A stretch of DNA of 64,000 nucleotides from an uncultured candidate division Zixibacteria bacterium. Its GTDB lineage: Bacteria > Zixibacteria > MSB-5A5 > UBA10806 > 4484-95. The notes under the pieces are model-generated. The model saw nothing but the letters and a program-made list of their open reading frames with translations, ran no database searches and was not told the DNA's origin. The stretch spans positions 1-64,000 of the forward strand of contig CAXXKA010000009.1 of NCBI GenBank assembly GCA_963668625.2. The letters are read 5' to 3'. A program made the translations under genes and the position numbers. Every line of letters starts with the position of its first letter. The first letter of the stretch is position 1. Positions 30,918 through 41,106 of this stretch are shown in pieces.

Positions 30918-31295
30918 CTATATCGGTTGGCTGAAAATAATTTTCACGTTATCAGGATCGGTTATCTTGAAAATTCTATGCCCCCAGGATTTATCCTCGG
31001 GCCTGGTTGCTCGAATTTGTTCGTACCGTTTAAGTTTGTCATATAGAGAATCGACATCGTTTACGCTCAGGAATATCTCGGTTTTATTGAATTCGGGGAT
31101 ATAACTGCATTCGGTATTACCCTCGCCCTCGGGATACCAGATAAGCTCGATTAAAGCCTCTCCGCAGAAAAATAATGCGCCCCAGCTATCGGCTCTCTGC
31201 CAGGAGTTTTTTAATTTCAAACCCAATATGTCATGATAAAAATCGAAACTCTTACGATAATCATTCGCTTTTATAACTATCCTGTCCAGTTTCAT
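30918..31295 (-). CDS. VOC/glyoxalase family protein
   Basis: FYHDILGL, WGHRIFKITDPDN; GGAGG SD before ATG 31295. Confidence 0.85.
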   Translation of the reverse strand: MKLDRIVIKANDYRKSFDFYHDILGLKLKNSWQRADSWGALFFCGEALIELIWYPEGEGNTECSYIPEFNKTEIFLSVNDVDSLYDKLKRYEQIRATRPEDKSWGHRIFKITDPDNVKIIFSQPI

Positions 31296-32082
31296 ACGCA
31301 CCTCCGGCCAAGGCCAAGCGTGTACCCGGCATTAATGATTTCCTTTCAACCGGCAGCTCATCGTTTGCCACGGCATACAAAAGTCCCGGTTTGTTGGATA
31401 TTATACCATCAACACCCAGGTCGATCAATTGTTTCATGAGATTCGCGTCGTTAACTGTCCAGGTAAAAACCGGAATGTTTCGAGCATGAAAGCGACTGAT
31501 GATTTCCGGGGTAATCATTTCGTAGTGAAGGTGGGCAGTATCCGCGCCCAGCATCTCGAATATGAAACTCAACAATATCCGCCCCATGCGATTTACTTTC
31601 AATATTCGTTCCTGCCCCACGACCCAACCGGTTTTTAAAGTGCTATCCAGGTATTTGAGTTTCCTGACTATCCAGGGGCCGAACGAGGATAACAAAACGG
31701 AGTCCCGCACATCGAATTCGTATATCATATCGATAACGGCCTGCTCGTAATCGGCGGCTTTAATCTCGATATTCAAATCGATCCGGTTGCCATAGCGGCT
31801 GAGCACCTGCTCCAATGTCGCCAGCTCAAAACCATCTGAACGACAATAATCTCGAAGCTCTTTGAACGAGGTATGAGAGATAAGTTGCTGTTTTTGTATA
31901 TCCGGATTGATCTGTGATTCGATCGGCACGAACCAGTCATGATAAATAACCAGTACGCCATCGGAGGTACTGCGCACGTCAAGCTCGATCATATCGGCGT
32001 TATCGGCAATCGCCCTATCGAATGATATAATCGTATTATCCGGCAGAAGGTGTGAGGCCCCTCTATGGCCTATTATTCTGAT
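31261..32082 (-). CDS. Glycerophosphodiester phosphodiesterase (extended 5' of the ORF-track call; probable ATC start)
   Basis: In-frame upstream translation IRIIGHRGASHLLPDNT supplies the catalytic HRG; IELDV, HD, NIEIK, WTVND, GVDGIISN. Confidence 0.85.
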   Translation of the reverse strand: MRIIGHRGASHLLPDNTIISFDRAIADNADMIELDVRSTSDGVLVIYHDWFVPIESQINPDIQKQQLISHTSFKELRDYCRSDGFELATLEQVLSRYGNRIDLNIEIKAADYEQAVIDMIYEFDVRDSVLLSSFGPWIVRKLKYLDSTLKTGWVVGQERILKVNRMGRILLSFIFEMLGADTAHLHYEMITPEIISRFHARNIPVFTWTVNDANLMKQLIDLGVDGIISNKPGLLYAVANDELPVERKSLMPGTRLALAGGAYETGQDSYKSE

Positions 32083-32093
32083 AAAGTCCCCCT

Positions 32094-32125
32094 GAGAAGA
32101 AAAGGGCGGTAAAAATACCGCCCTT
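32094..32125 (-). terminator. Intrinsic terminator after ino1
   Basis: Minus strand AAGGGCGGT-ATTTTT-ACCGCCCTT followed by TTCTTCT. Confidence 0.65.
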
Positions 32126-32132
32126 AGAATTT

Positions 32133-33314
32133 TTATTTATCCTTCTCCTCGACCAAACCTTTAATTCTCGTTTGGGAGTCGGAGGTTTCGGCCTTGGCTT
32201 TCTTGTCTTTCTTGCCATTACCGTCCGTTTCAACTACTTTGCGGCTGTGTCGCTCGATGAACTCCTCGGTTTTGGTACGAGCTTCAGGATCGGTGTACTG
32301 TTCCGGGGGGGATTTCATGAAATACGAGGCGGGGCCAAACAGCGTGCCTGAAATTTTGTTATCCAGTGCCAGTTTGCAGCAGCGAACGGCATCGATGACG
32401 ACGCCGGCGGAGTTCGGTGAATCCCAAACCTCGAGTTTGAGTTCGGCATTTAACGGCACGTTACCGAAAGTGGTACCCTCCATGCGAATATATGCCCATT
32501 TGCGGTCGGACAGCCAGGCGACATAATCGGATGGACCGATATGAACGTTATCCGCGCCAATATCATAATCGAGCTGCGAGGTAACGGCGTTGGTCTTGGA
32601 TATCTTCTTCGATTCGAGACGTCTACGCTCGAGCATATTGTAGAAATCGGTGTTACCGCCGACATTGAGCTGGCTGGTACGTTCGAGTTTCACGCCGCGC
32701 TCCCTGAACAGGCGAGTTAAAATGCGATGCATGATAGTAGCGCCAACCTGCGATTTGATATCATCACCGATCATCGGCAAACCGCGCTGTTTGAAACGAT
32801 TCTGCCAGTACTCCTCGCGAGCGATGAATACGGGTATGCAGTTCACGAAAGCGCATCCGGCCGCCAGAATTTGCTCGACATACCATTTGGTAGCTTGCTC
32901 TGAGCCGACAGGTAAATAACTGACCACCACATCGGTGCCGGTTTCCTGGAGTATCTTTACGATATCATCGGTCGGGCCGGGAGCTTTGGTGATAATTTTG
33001 CTCAGGTATTCACCCAATCCGTCATGGGTCATACCGCGATGCACTTTAACGCCGATCTTCGGCACATCACAGAACTTGAAAGTATTATTCGGCTTGGCAT
33101 AGATCGCCTCGGATAAATCTTTACCGACTTTGTTGACGTCGATATCGAAAGCGGCGGTAAACTCTATATCGGAAATATGATATCCACCGAGATTGACATG
33201 CATGAGCCCGGGTACGAACTCATCATCCGCGGCGTTTTTATAATACTCGACGCCCTGTACGAAGGATGATGCGCAATTACCCACGCCGATTATTGCTACT
33301 TTTACTTTTCCCAT
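32133..33314 (-). CDS. ino1: myo-Inositol-1(3)-phosphate synthase
   Basis: [46 protein letters not shown]. Confidence 0.96.
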   Translation of the reverse strand: MGKVKVAIIGVGNCASSFVQGVEYYKNAADDEFVPGLMHVNLGGYHISDIEFTAAFDIDVNKVGKDLSEAIYAKPNNTFKFCDVPKIGVKVHRGMTHDGLGEYLSKIITKAPGPTDDIVKILQETGTDVVVSYLPVGSEQATKWYVEQILAAGCAFVNCIPVFIAREEYWQNRFKQRGLPMIGDDIKSQVGATIMHRILTRLFRERGVKLERTSQLNVGGNTDFYNMLERRRLESKKISKTNAVTSQLDYDIGADNVHIGPSDYVAWLSDRKWAYIRMEGTTFGNVPLNAELKLEVWDSPNSAGVVIDAVRCCKLALDNKISGTLFGPASYFMKSPPEQYTDPEARTKTEEFIERHSRKVVETDGNGKKDKKAKAETSDSQTRIKGLVEEKDK

Positions 33315-33323
33315 TTTATCTCC

Positions 33324-33959
33324 TTAGTTAGGATTATTTTCAAGTTCAATCTTTTCCAATTCTCTTTTAACATGCGATACCCGCTGAATTACGGTCACGT
33401 TCGAAACTATCGCAATAAAAATTACAACCAGCTTAACGAGGAAATGTTCCACGCTGAAAAGCCCGCCGATTATACCATCGAATACGGCGGCGCCGGCAAT
33501 ATAAGTAATCCTCTCCGGCCTTTGCATCATGCCAACCTTACAGGCGATTTTCAAAGCGCCGGCCCTGGCCCTGGTATAAGAGGTTAACAGCGTGCCGGTA
33601 ATTGTCACGACAATAAGCACATGTATCCAGAGTTCATTGAAATATATAGCTATGCCCAAAAAGATCAGGATATCGCTGTAGCGGTCGATGGTTGAATCGA
33701 AAAAGGCCCCGAATTTACTCTTTTTGCCGGTGTTTCGGGCCACCATGCCATCGAGCACATCGCAAGTGCCGGCCACTACGATCATCACGCCGCCCCAGAA
33801 AAACATACCCCGGGCAAGAAAATACGAGGCTATCAGGGTAATAACCAGCCCTGCCCAGGTAATAGTGTTGGGTTGAATACCGGACGCGATCAGCCATCGG
33901 CCGATTGGTTCCACTATTTTGAAATAACCGTTGGTGAATTTATCGCCAATTAAGTTCAT
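33324..33959 (-). CDS. CDP-alcohol phosphatidyltransferase (probable phosphatidylinositol-phosphate synthase)
   Basis: PNTIT, DVLDGMVAR..G.FFDSTIDRYSD, SYTRARA, QRPER; directly upstream of ino1. Confidence 0.88.
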   Translation of the reverse strand: MNLIGDKFTNGYFKIVEPIGRWLIASGIQPNTITWAGLVITLIASYFLARGMFFWGGVMIVVAGTCDVLDGMVARNTGKKSKFGAFFDSTIDRYSDILIFLGIAIYFNELWIHVLIVVTITGTLLTSYTRARAGALKIACKVGMMQRPERITYIAGAAVFDGIIGGLFSVEHFLVKLVVIFIAIVSNVTVIQRVSHVKRELEKIELENNPN

Positions 33960-33979
33960 AATTCCTCACTAAAGCCCTC

Positions 33980-34008
33980 ATAATATCCGCCCGAATAATC
34001 AAAGTCAA
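33980..34008 (-). promoter_or_regulatory. Sigma70-type promoter for the CDP-alcohol transferase-ino1 operon
   Basis: Minus strand TTGACT-N17-TATTAT about 20 nt upstream of the start codon. Confidence 0.6.
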
Positions 34009-34271
34009 GCGAATTAATCGATATATATTTACCATTTGCCCCGACTTAATTTAGCTAAAACATAAGTCCGAAAACAAGTTATATTTTGCTACGGATAATG
34101 GAGCAGAAAATATCGCTACGTTTTTTCACGCCATCGAACAACCCGACACGATCAAATCATAATAAAAAAATATAACAATCCTAACTTAACTCATTCAAGT
34201 ATAACATCTTGATAATTATCGCCGAATATCGGTTAATTAGTTGGGCAAGATATTGAACGATAATACCGCTA

Positions 34272-35111
34272 TTATGTCGTTGAAGTTTTTTCGTTTTCTT
34301 TTTGAAAATTGCGACCATGTTTTAAATAAAACACGAATCCCGCCACGGTCGAGGCCAGAAAAGCTATTAATAGAGCCGCTATAGCATCGAGCAGGTAATG
34401 GTAGCGAAGATATATTCCCCCCCAGAAAACGGTGGTTAATATAATGAATGAAATAATGATGAAGGTTTTGCCATAGTCCCAGAGGTAATACGATGAAATA
34501 GTCAAAATACAGAAATATAACGAGGGGAACGCCCCCACTCCCGGGGTTAATATCTTGAGGATAAATGGAATCACCAGCGAGAATTTCGGCCCGTAAATAT
34601 TCAGATAATAATAATCCTCGAGCACTCTCCCCGGCCCCATTACCGGGAATACCGAGATTACTGTCAGGCAAATCAAGCTGCCCAGAACGATCGCAAATAT
34701 GAAATTCTCGAAAACATCTATAAGAGCTTTGCGATAAAAAAAGTAGATCGCGAATAATAGCAAAATAATCCCCATGAAATACATCAGATAGCTGGCCTCG
34801 TTAAGCCAGACCTCCATGACTCTTTGAAGAGCAAATGTCGGGTAAATACCCAGAACCGAGCTTTCCAGATTATAGAACAGGTAATCATAAGTGTTGAAAT
34901 TCAATATCATAATTTGCGTATCGATAATACGATAGAACACGTAAATCAACGCCAGTGGTAATGTATGCTTGGCGAAATGAAACATAGACGGCCTCTGCCC
35001 CGGTTTGATAATAGCCAGAAGAAGGACAAGCATCGCCGAACCCAGATAAATAACGGGTAAAAACAGATGCGCCAAGCCTTTAAATACTATCAGTAATACT
35101 ATCTGTACCAA
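34272..35111 (-). CDS. PAP2-superfamily (Aur1/IPC-synthase-like) membrane protein
   Basis: FPVMGP, GAFPSLY, YLRYHYLLDAI; multi-TM; start uncertain. Confidence 0.75.
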   Translation of the reverse strand: MVQIVLLIVFKGLAHLFLPVIYLGSAMLVLLLAIIKPGQRPSMFHFAKHTLPLALIYVFYRIIDTQIMILNFNTYDYLFYNLESSVLGIYPTFALQRVMEVWLNEASYLMYFMGIILLLFAIYFFYRKALIDVFENFIFAIVLGSLICLTVISVFPVMGPGRVLEDYYYLNIYGPKFSLVIPFILKILTPGVGAFPSLYFCILTISSYYLWDYGKTFIIISFIILTTVFWGGIYLRYHYLLDAIAALLIAFLASTVAGFVFYLKHGRNFQKENEKTSTT

Positions 35112-35177
35112 TATATAGATAAGTAACAGTATATCATTGATATTTAGTTTAAAATTAAAGATACCTTCAAAACCTTT

Positions 35178-35858
35178 CTAATTGCCCGCCACTACGATTA
35201 CGATTTCTCCTTTAACGGTCTTTTCGGAAAAAATTTCGATCAATTCGGATAAGCCGCCATGATAATGGCTCTCGAATTTTTTGGTCAATTCCCGGCCAAC
35301 GAATGCTTGTCTATCGCCTAATTCCTCATGCATCAAATGCAACGTTTTCAACAAACGATATGGTGATTCGAAAAAAACCAGCGTCCTTCTTTCGTCGGTC
35401 AGTTCTTTCAAGCGTCTTTTCACCTTGCCTTTGGTTCTGGGTAGAAACCCCTCGAAACAAAACCTGTCGGTCGGCAGCCCCGAAACCACCAGCCCCGCCA
35501 GCATCGAGGAGGCTCCGGGAATAGGGATGACCTCGATTTCGTGCTGGAGACATTCGCGTACCAGGTAAAAACCGGGATCGGATATCCCCGGCGTGCCGGC
35601 ATCCGAGACGACCGCTAAATCCCGCCCCTCAAGTATTTGATCGACCAGCCTCTGCGTAACTTTCTCTTTATTATGGTCGTGATAGGGTATTTGTTTCGTT
35701 TCGATTCCGTATCGGCTCAACAATTGTCCCGTGTGACGGGTATCCTCGGCGGCAATCAGGTCTACCGATTGCAATATCTCAACCGCCCGATAGGTGATAT
35801 CGGCCATATTGCCAATAGGCGTTGCCACGACATAAAGCTTACCGTAATCCAAATTCAA
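35178..35858 (-). CDS. rsmI: 16S rRNA C1402 2'-O-methyltransferase
   Basis: LYVVATPIGN, AAEDTR, VSDAGTPGISDPG, FESPYRL, RELTKKFE. Confidence 0.96.
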   Translation of the reverse strand: MNLDYGKLYVVATPIGNMADITYRAVEILQSVDLIAAEDTRHTGQLLSRYGIETKQIPYHDHNKEKVTQRLVDQILEGRDLAVVSDAGTPGISDPGFYLVRECLQHEIEVIPIPGASSMLAGLVVSGLPTDRFCFEGFLPRTKGKVKRRLKELTDERRTLVFFESPYRLLKTLHLMHEELGDRQAFVGRELTKKFESHYHGGLSELIEIFSEKTVKGEIVIVVAGN

Positions 35859-35926
35859 TCCTCATGGAAATAGTTAATGACATCATTATATATGTCAAAA
35901 CGAGGTGTAAAGACAAATAAAAGATT

Positions 35927-36718
35927 TTATTCAGGCAGCTCGGCAATTACTGTCGGGCTGGCCTTGAATCTATTTTTCGCGATCGTGGTTTTGATATGCT
36001 CGATTATATCGGGGGTAAATCCGAGTTCGATTAATTTATCATCACCGTAATGGCAATCATCATAGTAATACAGAAATGTATCCAATAATTCGTAGCTGAT
36101 CCCCAGTTCTCCCTCATCGGTTTGCCCCGCCCATAAATCCGCGGATGGAGGTTTGGTTATTATATTTTCCGGTATGCCCAAATATTTTGCTAATTGACGG
36201 ATCTGGGTTTTGTAAAGATTGCCCAGCGGATTCATTGCGCAGGCAAGATCTCCGAACAGGGTACCATACCCCATCATGATCTCCGACTTATTAGAGGTGC
36301 CGATTACCAGCGCGCCGAGTTCGGCCGAGATATCGTAAAGTACGCTCATACGTTCACGGGCCATTTTGTTGCCGCGACGGTTGTTGTCATCCGTGGGGTG
36401 AGCCTCGAAATAAGCATCCACCATGGGCGATATATCCACCACCCGTTTTGCGAAACCGAGTTTATCGATAATTATTCCGGCATCACTGATATTTTCGTAA
36501 TTGGAGGTTTTATAAGGCAGAATCACGCCGGTTACATTACTAGCTCCGATAGCCTTTTCGGCTAAAAACGCTGAGACAGCCGAATCGATACCACCTGAAA
36601 CGCCCAGTACCAGTTTGGAAAACCCGGTTTTATTCAGGTTATCGCGGATAAAACCAACCAGATAATTCGTGATTTTTTCCTCGTTTATCTTTATGCCGTC
36701 AGGAGAATCTATTTTCAT
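35927..36718 (-). CDS. nadE: NH3-dependent NAD+ synthetase
   Basis: GVSGGIDS, GNKMARERM, GTSNKSE, PPSADLW.GQTDE. Confidence 0.95.
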   Translation of the reverse strand: MKIDSPDGIKINEEKITNYLVGFIRDNLNKTGFSKLVLGVSGGIDSAVSAFLAEKAIGASNVTGVILPYKTSNYENISDAGIIIDKLGFAKRVVDISPMVDAYFEAHPTDDNNRRGNKMARERMSVLYDISAELGALVIGTSNKSEIMMGYGTLFGDLACAMNPLGNLYKTQIRQLAKYLGIPENIITKPPSADLWAGQTDEGELGISYELLDTFLYYYDDCHYGDDKLIELGFTPDIIEHIKTTIAKNRFKASPTVIAELPE

Positions 36719-36852
36719 TTTATTGTCCTTTCAAATCTATCTTCCCAAACTGTATAAGTAGATCAAAAGTAGCAGGCTTAAAAAGAATTATCAAGAACAA
36801 ATAAGAATTATTAATAAATCCGCTAATTATGAATATAATTATCATAATAGGA

Positions 36853-36881
36853 TTGACATTGTAGCCTTCAACCGGTATGTT
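36853..36881 (+). promoter_or_regulatory. Sigma70-type promoter for ssb
   Basis: TTGACA-N17-TATGTT. Confidence 0.55.
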
Positions 36882-36912
36882 TAGCAAAATCAGCTTACAG
36901 ATTGGAGGAGAA

Positions 36913-37338
36913 ATGGCATCCGTAAACAAAGTGATCTTGATTGGAAATTTAGGCAAAGACCCGGAAATTAGATATACACCTTCAGGACAAGCAGTAGCAA
37001 CATTCTCGATGGCCACCACCAGAAAATGGCGCGATAAGGAAGGCAACCCTCAGGAGCAAACCGACTGGCATAATATTGTCGTTTGGGGCAGACAAGCCGA
37101 AAACGCCAACCAGTACCTTAAAAAAGGCAGTCCGGTTTTCATCGAGGGTCGCATTCAAACCAGAAATTATGATGATAAAGAGGGCCAGAAACGCTGGATC
37201 ACCGAGATTGTCTGCCTGAGCATGCAGTTTTTGGGCAGAGCCGGCGATAGTGGCGGCGCAAGCTCGAGTCCTGCTCCGCAACCACAGGAAGCTCCTCCGG
37301 ATATCACCGGCGGCGATGATGATGATCTGCCGTTCTAA
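36913..37338 (+). CDS. ssb: Single-stranded DNA-binding protein
   Basis: MASVNKVILIGNLGKDPE, C-terminal DDDLPF; GGAGGAG SD. Confidence 0.97.
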   Translation: MASVNKVILIGNLGKDPEIRYTPSGQAVATFSMATTRKWRDKEGNPQEQTDWHNIVVWGRQAENANQYLKKGSPVFIEGRIQTRNYDDKEGQKRWITEIVCLSMQFLGRAGDSGGASSSPAPQPQEAPPDITGGDDDDLPF

Positions 37339-37434
37339 ATATCCCGGAACGCAATCGTTAAGCTATCATTTATATTCACTTTGCAATCAGTATATATTTG
37401 CAGATAGTGAGTAAAACGCATTTTGGAGGATTTC

Positions 37435-37869
37435 ATGCCAGAGGCAAAAGACGGCGATAAAGTAAAAATTCATTATACCGGTAAAGTTGAAAACGGCGAG
37501 CAGTTCGACAGTACGATTGGCGGCGAGCCGCTCGAGGTAAATATCGGCACTGCCGGTATTTTTCCGGCGGTGGAACAAAGCCTTATCGGCATGAAACCCG
37601 GCGATAAAAAGACCATAACGCTTCATCCCGACCAGGCTTTCGGCGGCCATCTGGAGGCGATGGTGCTGGTTATTGATGATGAAGTGCTGCCCCCTGATTG
37701 CCCCCGCGAGGTAGGTACCCGTCTGAAAAACAAGCAGCCTAACGGGCGCATGGTGGATGTTATGATTACCAAAGTCGAAGGCAATCAGGTCACGCTGGAT
37801 GCCAACCATCCACTGGCCGGCAGGACCCTGACCGTGGATTTAGAGCTGGTAGAGATAGTTTCCGAATAA
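37435..37869 (+). CDS. FKBP-type peptidyl-prolyl isomerase (SlyD/SlpA type, no His-rich tail)
   Basis: VKIHYTG, FDST, DANHPLAG.TL. Confidence 0.9.
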   Translation: MPEAKDGDKVKIHYTGKVENGEQFDSTIGGEPLEVNIGTAGIFPAVEQSLIGMKPGDKKTITLHPDQAFGGHLEAMVLVIDDEVLPPDCPREVGTRLKNKQPNGRMVDVMITKVEGNQVTLDANHPLAGRTLTVDLELVEIVSE

Positions 37870-38137
37870 TATTAGATGATATAGGTTTACGGGAATAATC
37901 CGTCGCTTTTTCAGCAAGTCGATATTCTAATATAATGCCTCTGCAACTTATTGTGGATTATCACTACTGTGTAATTTGGAACTAATACATTACCTTTAGA
38001 TAAGAATATAAAATGCTGGCATTTATCGAAATTAAATATATATTAAACCAATCTTTCAAAAATGTAACTAAGTAATGAAAGGTGTGGGCAAAGGTTTAAA
38101 AAGAACAACTATGAACCATCATGAAAGCAACAATGGA

Positions 38138-38566
38138 ATGCAAAACGTTTTCACCAAATTAGTTACAATCCTGCTATTCGTATTAATCTCCGCCTCGGTA
38201 TTATCCGCCTGCGAAATATATTTCAGCGTGATCGGCGAGGAAAAAGAGACCTACGAAGCCGGAGATGAGATAGTCGTGTTAATGGAGGTCAAATTCACGC
38301 ATCGCGTATGCCCCGAGGGAATCGAGAATACTGATTTCGCAACCGATGGTATCGATATTTTAGCCGCCACCAAATGGAAAGAACCCTCTCCTAATGTCTG
38401 GAAACGCAAGCTCAAATTGAAAGTTGAGGGCAACGAAAAAGGCAAGATAATGCTTTCGGCGACACGCACTTGCGACAAAGAAGGCGGTTTCGGAGCGATA
38501 GATTTTAAAACCACGCCGTTGAATGTAGCCACAAAAGGAACTGCCGCCCAGGCGGATAAGAACTAA
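38138..38566 (+). CDS. Small exported protein, probable lipoprotein; first gene of the Fe-S operon
   Basis: MQNVFTKLVTILLFVLISASVLSA-C (LSAC lipobox); two further Cys (THRVCPEG, RTCDKEGG); beta-rich; start may be 38075, 38111 or 38138. Confidence 0.7.
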   Translation: MQNVFTKLVTILLFVLISASVLSACEIYFSVIGEEKETYEAGDEIVVLMEVKFTHRVCPEGIENTDFATDGIDILAATKWKEPSPNVWKRKLKLKVEGNEKGKIMLSATRTCDKEGGFGAIDFKTTPLNVATKGTAAQADKN

Positions 38567-38577
38567 TCACATAAATT

Positions 38578-39720
38578 ATGCGATTTACTCCAAGGCGTAC
38601 TACAAACCAGAGCAACCTGATTCTTTTCTCGATAATTTTCATCATATTTTTTATCTCACCGTCGCTCACGAGTCACATTTGTGCAGAGCAAACGGTTGAG
38701 GTTACCGAGACGTCCGAGGATGAATTCGAGGAATTCACCGAGGATGACCGATTAGAGGAATTTAGCGATGATGATGAGTTCGAGGAATTCGATGAGACGA
38801 AGGAGAAATCGGGTAATTTAGATTGTGCGAGCAATCCCAACTCCTGCTCCGGCTGCGGTCCCGGGGTTAAAAGCCGCGAACAGATGTACCTTAAAAAAGC
38901 GCTTGACTGGACACTGGGTATACTGGGATTCACACTTTTAACCGGCGTGCTGGTTCGTTTCAGGTCGCTTCGTAACCTGAGGGGTTTTTTCCTGATCGGC
39001 TCGATCTCTATTTTAGGTTTTTACAAAGGCGCTTGCCCCTGCCCTATCTCGAGTTTTTCGAACCTGTTTCTGGCGGGTTTCGGTGTCGATATCCCCTGGC
39101 AACACCTGGTGTGGTTTTTGGGCTTGATACCTATCACCTACCTGGTAGGCAAAGTCTGGTGTGGCTGGATATGCCATCTCGGGGCGCTGCAAGAGGTGCT
39201 TTTCATACCGGGACGGTTGAACGTTTTTAAAGGCGACCGCGCCCAACGTATCATGAAAATTTTCAGATGGCTGTTACTGGCCACGCTCATCACACAGCTT
39301 CTAATCACGAAAACATACATGTTCGATAAAATCGATCCGTTCCGGGTGGCGTTCAACCTTCTCTCGATAAACACCACCGGCTGGATTCTCCTGGGTCTGT
39401 TAATAATAAGCTCGCTTTTTATCTATCGCCCGTTCTGCCGCTCTGCCTGTCCTATCGGGCTGGTTCTCGGTTGGGTATCGAATATCCCCGGAGCCTCGAT
39501 AATCGGCGTAAAAGGCGAATGCCGCAACTGCAAAGTCTGCAGCAACGCTTGTAAGGTAGATGCTATCCATCGATACGAGAAATACAGCCTTCTGGATAAT
39601 AAGGAATGCATAGCTTGCGGCGACTGTCTCGATACTTGTCCCAAAAAAGGGCTGGCTTTCGTGCGCAGCGGTAAAACTCATAAATCGGTAGTTAAGTATG
39701 AAAATACGGACGCTCGTTAA
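38578..39720 (+). CDS. NapH/NosR/MauN-like polytopic membrane 4Fe-4S protein
   Basis: ACPCP, WCGWICHLGALQE, FCRSACPIG, CRNCKVCSNAC and CIACGDCLDTCP; about 5 TMs; acidic N-terminal repeats. Confidence 0.88.
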   Translation: MRFTPRRTTNQSNLILFSIIFIIFFISPSLTSHICAEQTVEVTETSEDEFEEFTEDDRLEEFSDDDEFEEFDETKEKSGNLDCASNPNSCSGCGPGVKSREQMYLKKALDWTLGILGFTLLTGVLVRFRSLRNLRGFFLIGSISILGFYKGACPCPISSFSNLFLAGFGVDIPWQHLVWFLGLIPITYLVGKVWCGWICHLGALQEVLFIPGRLNVFKGDRAQRIMKIFRWLLLATLITQLLITKTYMFDKIDPFRVAFNLLSINTTGWILLGLLIISSLFIYRPFCRSACPIGLVLGWVSNIPGASIIGVKGECRNCKVCSNACKVDAIHRYEKYSLLDNKECIACGDCLDTCPKKGLAFVRSGKTHKSVVKYENTDAR

Positions 39721-41074
39721 TCTTATAATACTATTAACATTCGTTACCCTGGCAAAACCGGTTTCGGCGCAATGGACATGCCGCACCAAGCTGCCGGCGT
39801 ATCTAAAACCGATATACGACACGGTTCCCATTTACTGGGCGGCCGAGATAACACTCGCTCCGGGCAGGCTGGAAAGCCGGGATATAATCAACACACAGGC
39901 ATTCTTAGGTTTGGATTTCACCAAAGGAAAACATCAGTTGTACGCCGAGGGCGGCTGGAAAATGTGGCGCACCAGAGAGGATGGCCAGGAATACGACAAA
40001 AACAGGTTCGGGCCACGCGAGCTTTATTACCGTTACGGTGGAAATCAAGTTTCGTTGATAGCCGGCTTTCATTCGATGACCGCCGGTGATAATTTCCTGA
40101 TTAGCGAAAAGGCCTCGGGGATGAGTTTCGATTACGCTACCGGCAAGTTCAAATTAAAAGCCAGGTTCGCCTCGGTCGATAAAGATTACTCGCGTTACGG
40201 CACGTTCTGCAGTGTGCGTTATATATATGATGTCCTCCCGCATCGAAAGCTTACATTACCCGGTGATAAATTCGGAGATACGAATTTCGGTAGTGTCGTG
40301 CTATCGTTTATACCATCGCAAAAAATACGAAAGCCAGAAAAGAAAAGTCAGCCAGAAAACGATCTGAATGAAACCGATGAGTTCGAGGATTTTTCAGAGG
40401 ATGACGAGTTCGATGAATTCACTGAAACGAATGAGTTCGACGAATTCCTGGAGAGCGATGAATTCGAGGTTATCGATCAATCTAAAAATAAAAAAGACGA
40501 TGGCCTCGGAGTCGACCTCTCGATACGGGAGTTCGGCCTGGTAGTCTACTCGCAATTCGGGCAGGACAATCGATACGAGGCGAAATATGCCGGGCTTATA
40601 CTTAATTTCAGTATCTCGAACTCGCTCGATTTCAACAACGAACTTTTATTTCAATCGGACAGTGATAAAAAAGCTTTGATATTCTGCAATGAAGCGGCCT
40701 ATGCGCATATCTGGGGCTCCGGCAGCCGAACCGAGTTTTCGGTTAAGTATTACGGCCGGGAGAAAATCGATGACGGGGCACAGGTGATGCTCGCCAATAC
40801 CAATCTGTTTATCGGCGAGTTGGCCCGTCTTGATGCTGTCGATATGCCGCTGTTACAAACGGCGTTCAAGCATAATTTCCCGAAAATCCAGACGCATATA
40901 AAATTACAATACGCTACGCAATTCGAGTTCGATCATATAAAAGAATACAATCTGGCAATCGGTAAGACGTTTTTCGGCCATGCCAAGCTGACCGGCATGT
41001 ATAGCATTCTCGAGGCGAATTCAATAGATGATACTTATCGGATGGTACGGTTAGAACTCCGGATGACTTTTTAG
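39698..41074 (+). CDS. Secreted beta-strand-rich protein, probable outer-membrane beta-barrel
   Basis: Sec signal ending VSA-QW, many amphipathic strands, C-terminal RMVRLELRMTF beta-signal-like end; overlaps the upstream gene. Confidence 0.65.
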   Translation: MKIRTLVNLIILLTFVTLAKPVSAQWTCRTKLPAYLKPIYDTVPIYWAAEITLAPGRLESRDIINTQAFLGLDFTKGKHQLYAEGGWKMWRTREDGQEYDKNRFGPRELYYRYGGNQVSLIAGFHSMTAGDNFLISEKASGMSFDYATGKFKLKARFASVDKDYSRYGTFCSVRYIYDVLPHRKLTLPGDKFGDTNFGSVVLSFIPSQKIRKPEKKSQPENDLNETDEFEDFSEDDEFDEFTETNEFDEFLESDEFEVIDQSKNKKDDGLGVDLSIREFGLVVYSQFGQDNRYEAKYAGLILNFSISNSLDFNNELLFQSDSDKKALIFCNEAAYAHIWGSGSRTEFSVKYYGREKIDDGAQVMLANTNLFIGELARLDAVDMPLLQTAFKHNFPKIQTHIKLQYATQFEFDHIKEYNLAIGKTFFGHAKLTGMYSILEANSIDDTYRMVRLELRMTF

Positions 41075-41106
41075 GATTCGAGAATGAAAGTTTCGCGGGA
41101 GATATC

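Noticed and set aside
36720-37046. 108-aa minus-strand ORF upstream of nadE
   Set aside because: Antisense to ssb and spans the divergent promoter region; no family features
37870-38075. FNR, Rex or Fur box upstream of the Fe-S operon
   Set aside because: Only weak partial palindromes in AT-rich DNA; not supportable
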